Assembly: GCA_001600815.1 (NCBI GenBank)
Contig: BCKZ01000015.1
Span: forward strand, 558,001 to 622,000
Reading direction: 5' to 3'
DNA: 64,000 nt
Source: Alloascoidea hylecoeti
Taxonomy: Eukaryota
The position numbers and the translations under genes were made by a program. Below the pieces are notes generated by a model. The model saw nothing but the letters and a program-made list of their open reading frames with translations, was not told the DNA's origin and did not search any database. The first letter of the stretch is position 1; each line of letters starts with the position of its first letter. This document shows, one piece after another, positions 60,182-64,000 of the stretch.

Positions 60182-61504
60182 CTATAGTTTGTATTTGGAG
60201 ATTAAAGTTTTTGGATTAACTTCAGCAGAAAGCGATGAGCATAAACTTGAATCGTCCCAAAAGTTATCATTCTGAACGATTCGTAAAACTTCTTTGGAAT
60301 ATTGATATGAGTTACTTTGAGAATTTGAAGGTTTATCCGATATTGATAACTCTTCTTCCGCTTGCTGTTGCTGCCGTTGTAATGCAGAAGTAAAACCCCA
60401 GACCATGGGACTTATATTAGCGTTTAAGGTAGACGGTAACGAAATGGTTGAATTTATTACAGAATGTGCTAAAGTTCGAGCACGCGAAGGTTTATGTTTT
60501 GAGTCATCATTAATTGTTTTCGAATATGTATTATTTTCATGTTCATTTAGGTTTGGGACAAGACTGGAAGTAGATTTATGTGATCTCTTATTCAATTTGA
60601 TTTTATCACCTTTAATATCAAGCTGTAAAGCCATTCCTAGTTCTTTTGACGCTGTTTTTATCAACCTTATCTGGTATGAATTATATTTTTGTAATAAATA
60701 ATTTCCAAAAAATCGTCTCTTTTTTATTATATCATTATTATGATTATAATTATGGTCATTTTCTTTATATCCGTTCTTTATCATTTCTTCTTGAAACCGC
60801 ATATTTCGAGAAATAATAGAGAAATCATAACTGCTATCATCACTCAACATTTCCCAATCAACATTGTCAGTAATTCCCCAATAAGTAGCAGGATCATCTT
60901 CATCCCATTCATCTGATAATATATTCGTCGCATCAGCGGCAGAAATACACCGATTCTTATAATTTTTATTACTCCCAGTTGTCGAGATGGAATATTTTGC
61001 ATTTCTGTTTTCTATTCTCATTAATTCATGAATCAAATGACGAGATTGATTTATTTGCCATTCATTTATCCTATCTTTTAAAGCGTCTGTATTTTTATCT
61101 TGAATTTCTTCCTGATCAGTGGTTATAATTTTGACAGTTTCATCATATTGTTCCTCATCATCTTCAAAATCATCATCTAAATTTTTAATCATCAGTTCTG
61201 TATTTAGCGGCAAAGAGCCATCTAATTCTGAAAATTCATCAACACCTATAGCAACAGGAAACTTTGATTTTGATTTTGATAGTTGAGAAACAGACTGAGT
61301 ATAGGTATAAGCAGGAGCAAATAATATTAGGTCATCATCGGTAATTGAATAGGAATAGTTATGTTGATATCTTGTACTGATATGATTATTTTGGACTCCT
61401 ATGGTTGACGGAGCATTCGACATAGATCTGTGGGAATATAGTTGAGAGGCGGCATCATAAGGATTAATATGGGTACTATTAAGTAAAGGATGGTTCGTGA
61501 ACAT
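60182..61504 (-). CDS. Hypothetical protein, 440 aa
   Basis: Long intact ORF with an ATG start; no family recognised. Confidence 0.65.
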   Translation of the reverse strand: MFTNHPLLNSTHINPYDAASQLYSHRSMSNAPSTIGVQNNHISTRYQHNYSYSITDDDLILFAPAYTYTQSVSQLSKSKSKFPVAIGVDEFSELDGSLPLNTELMIKNLDDDFEDDEEQYDETVKIITTDQEEIQDKNTDALKDRINEWQINQSRHLIHELMRIENRNAKYSISTTGSNKNYKNRCISAADATNILSDEWDEDDPATYWGITDNVDWEMLSDDSSYDFSIISRNMRFQEEMIKNGYKENDHNYNHNNDIIKKRRFFGNYLLQKYNSYQIRLIKTASKELGMALQLDIKGDKIKLNKRSHKSTSSLVPNLNEHENNTYSKTINDDSKHKPSRARTLAHSVINSTISLPSTLNANISPMVWGFTSALQRQQQQAEEELSISDKPSNSQSNSYQYSKEVLRIVQNDNFWDDSSLCSSLSAEVNPKTLISKYKL

Positions 61505-61838
61505 GATATATATGTAGAAAAAGATATATAGATGTATTTATATCTTGCTAAATATATGAGGACCAAAATACGAAGACCTTTGTTTTATTCGACGAAGCGA
61601 GGAAGTAGAAAAAATGGAGGTTGGTTGGGTTATTAGAATTATAATATGTTTGCATGCATACTTCCAGTTGAGGAATCTGTACGAGTGCATATACATAAAG
61701 TAGGAGGTTGAAAAAAATAGCGTCCGGGCAACTTTTCTCGACTCTTTTGTGGCCAATCACAGCGCCGTTTTACTTCCATATAAGACTTCGGCTTTTTGTC
61801 AACCAAACCTTCTAACTACAACTACAACTACTTTAACT

Positions 61839-62183
61839 ATGAGACCAACTTTTTCTGTATTCAACGCTGCTGTAAGTTTTCAACTACTCTGAAACTCTGT
61901 ATATTTGTTATCTTATTAACCTCTTTAATAGAAGAAATCATCTTGGAGAAACATTGTTCCTGCTGAGACTCTCCCTCTCTGTAAGTATTTTCACTTCCAG
62001 ATGCACTTTTCAGTTGATTAACATATATATTTTAAAGTGGCTATCTGCAGTGTCGCTGTATTTTCTTGCACTTTCTTTGTCACTAGACATTTCAAAAACA
62101 ATGATCTCCGTATCTCCCGCCGTCCAGAAAAGAAGAAGTTAGAAGATAGTATAGAAGCTGCTCGTGTTCACCCACAGGAGTAA
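61839..62183 (+). CDS. Small NDUFA4/MLRQ-like mitochondrial membrane protein, 75 aa; introns 61872-61931 and 61981-62037
   Basis: Not in the track. Spliced product MRPTFSVFNAAKKSSWRNIVPAETLPLLAICSVAVFSCTFFVTRHFKNNDLRISRR..; two GTAAGT donors; CCAAT box near 61753. Confidence 0.8.
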
Positions 62184-62868
62184 ACTATTTAAAACTCAAC
62201 AACGATCAAATAAATGTCAAATGGACAAATGACAATCTTTAATAATACATGTTCCGAAACTGTTGTTTTGAATTAAATAATGGATATTGTTTTCTTTTGA
62301 TTTACTTCACTTTATACTCTCTCTAATATTTTTGGAAGATTTATATTATGATGAGTAATATAGTCGTTGAATATAATTTTTCAGCTTTCCCGTTGCCGGT
62401 TTTCATTATTGCTTAGGAAGTACGTTGTTTCATATCTCGATTCTCCAAGCTTACACGTGAGGATTACTTCGTACTTTAAGATTTTCTATTTCATTCATTG
62501 TAACCAATTAGAATTTGAAATATACTGGTTGGTTAAACTTCTATTTAATATTTAATATCAAGTAATATTAAATAAACACGCTACAATCACACGAAGTTGT
62601 AAAAGCGATTAATATTGTTATAAACATTAGAGCTCCAATTACAGCCTTATTATGTACAACATATTAATTTACGCTCATATTGGAAAGGGAACCAATTAAG
62701 TTCTTCTACTTTCACATCTGAGGAATTAAAAAATGATTATTATAATCTCATTTATTGAATATAAATAAATTATTTTTCGTAAATCATTTCTTATTATAAA
62801 GCTAATTCCTATAATTTGGTTACCCGTTTAAATCTCAGTAACATAGAAAAACTTGTTATATCATACCC

Positions 62869-63456
62869 TTAGGTTTTAACCTCTGTTGTGTTAGATTCTA
62901 GTGGGATCGGTTTAGGCTCAGTAAAATCTTTATACAACCCAAATAAAGCACCAATAAGTCTATCAACCAAAAACACCCACAAGGAAAATGATAACGTTCC
63001 TGTAGGACTACTAGGAAGAGCCAAAAACCATTCAATATAACTAGGAAACATTCCAGTAGGTAACCAGAATACTACAGTTTTTCTATGCATATAACGATAA
63101 TATAATTTAGGACCAAATGTTGATATTGTTATAATCCAACCTATTCGTGATAAGATAGTTGATTTAGTTGATGATAAATCTGATTCTAATCGTTGGATTT
63201 CAACCTTCAACTTATCTTCTTTTCTCTGTAATTTAGCCCATTTGGCAAATTCATCCATGCTTGAGGTCCTTATTCTTTCTCGATTTGTTGCTAATAATTC
63301 ATGTTTCGTTTTTTTGAGATTGACCACCCTGGTTGAAGTTGACAAGTTTACAAATAAGTTCCAGAAAAACTCTCCAATTGTACTTTTACCAATCAAGGAA
63401 ATAATGTTGGAATATATTGAAAGTACCACTATGGTTAAAAGTACTGAATAGACCAT
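62869..63456 (-). CDS. GET1: Get1/WRB tail-anchored protein insertase subunit
   Basis: TSSMDEFAKWAKLQRKEDKL and VFWLPTGMFPSYIEWFLALPSSP. The first ATG was taken as the start. Confidence 0.92.
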   Translation of the reverse strand: MVYSVLLTIVVLSIYSNIISLIGKSTIGEFFWNLFVNLSTSTRVVNLKKTKHELLATNRERIRTSSMDEFAKWAKLQRKEDKLKVEIQRLESDLSSTKSTILSRIGWIITISTFGPKLYYRYMHRKTVVFWLPTGMFPSYIEWFLALPSSPTGTLSFSLWVFLVDRLIGALFGLYKDFTEPKPIPLESNTTEVKT

Positions 63457-63748
63457 TTCTTGAATGTTTTGATTGTTCAAGTTTTAAGGTGAATCACAGC
63501 TCAGTAAAGTAAAGCCTGTATATTTCAGTCTGGGAGTGTACCAGATACCGGGAAATTGAATCGCTTTTGTGTTTGGAGTTATATGATTTGATTTGATTCT
63601 GAAGAATTTATTACTTTAAATTTTTATATATTACATATCGATTTATTGAAAAATTTAAAAATCTCAGTTTGGTAGGACTCTATCAGACACATTCAGAATC
63701 TAAATTTTCAATTATTTATATCATAGTAAACAGAACAATTAAACATTA

Positions 63749-64000
63749 ATGTCTCGAACAGTCAAATCAGCTCTTTCTAATTCTCATATTTCACGGCTGT
63801 CTAGTGGGGCTCAATATGATGATACCTCCTCCGATGCCGAGTCCTGGATAAGCTCTTTTTGTACAATGTTTGGCCATGATTTCTTGGTAGAAGTCTCTAC
63901 TGAATACATAGAAGATGATTTTAATTTAACTGGTTTAAGTGCTCTAGTACCTTATTATCGTGAAGCATTAGACTTGATATTAGATCTTGAGCCTGTTACT
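63749..64000 (+). CDS. CKB1: Casein kinase II beta subunit (partial, runs off the window end)
   Basis: [50 protein letters not shown]. Confidence 0.95.
   Translation, partial: MSRTVKSALSNSHISRLSSGAQYDDTSSDAESWISSFCTMFGHDFLVEVSTEYIEDDFNLTGLSALVPYYREALDLILDLEPVT

Overview
A budding-yeast (Saccharomycotina-type) chromosomal segment. It uses the standard code (CTG sits at invariant Leu positions of TBP) and is unusually intron-rich, with 13 short spliceosomal introns in 9 genes. Housekeeping genes in order: YPP1, TFG1, HIS1, three tandem CPS1 paralogues, PEX7, APC2, DCN1, TAF12, haspin (ALK1/2), STE3, MZM1, SCC4-like, SPT15, a Uds1/Pea2-like coiled-coil gene, TKL1, OPY2, ADH1, SYP1-like, an orphan, a small three-exon NDUFA4/MLRQ-like gene, GET1 and CKB1. 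The most striking part is a gene-poor, AT-rich block of about 11.5 kb (about 25.7-37.2 kb). It holds the a-factor receptor STE3 and, 1.1 kb downstream, an unannotated 33-codon CAAX lipopeptide pheromone precursor (MPNTQEQISKSIATNKAAVN-YLGGMIPWTC-VIV). It also holds a deleted second pheromone copy, Tc1/mariner and hAT transposase relics, other decayed ORFs and simple repeats. Two sharp GC-rich peaks lie outside the block, one on each side. This pheromone-plus-receptor layout resembles a basidiomycete P/R mating-type locus, which is not the textbook arrangement in budding yeasts; that reading is a hypothesis. Elsewhere there are pseudogenes of CDC28/CDK1, an expansin-like secreted protein and an F-box protein, a second Tc1 relic, and a gene-conversion tract in the CPS1 array. 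All homology calls come from motif recognition by eye; no database searches were run.
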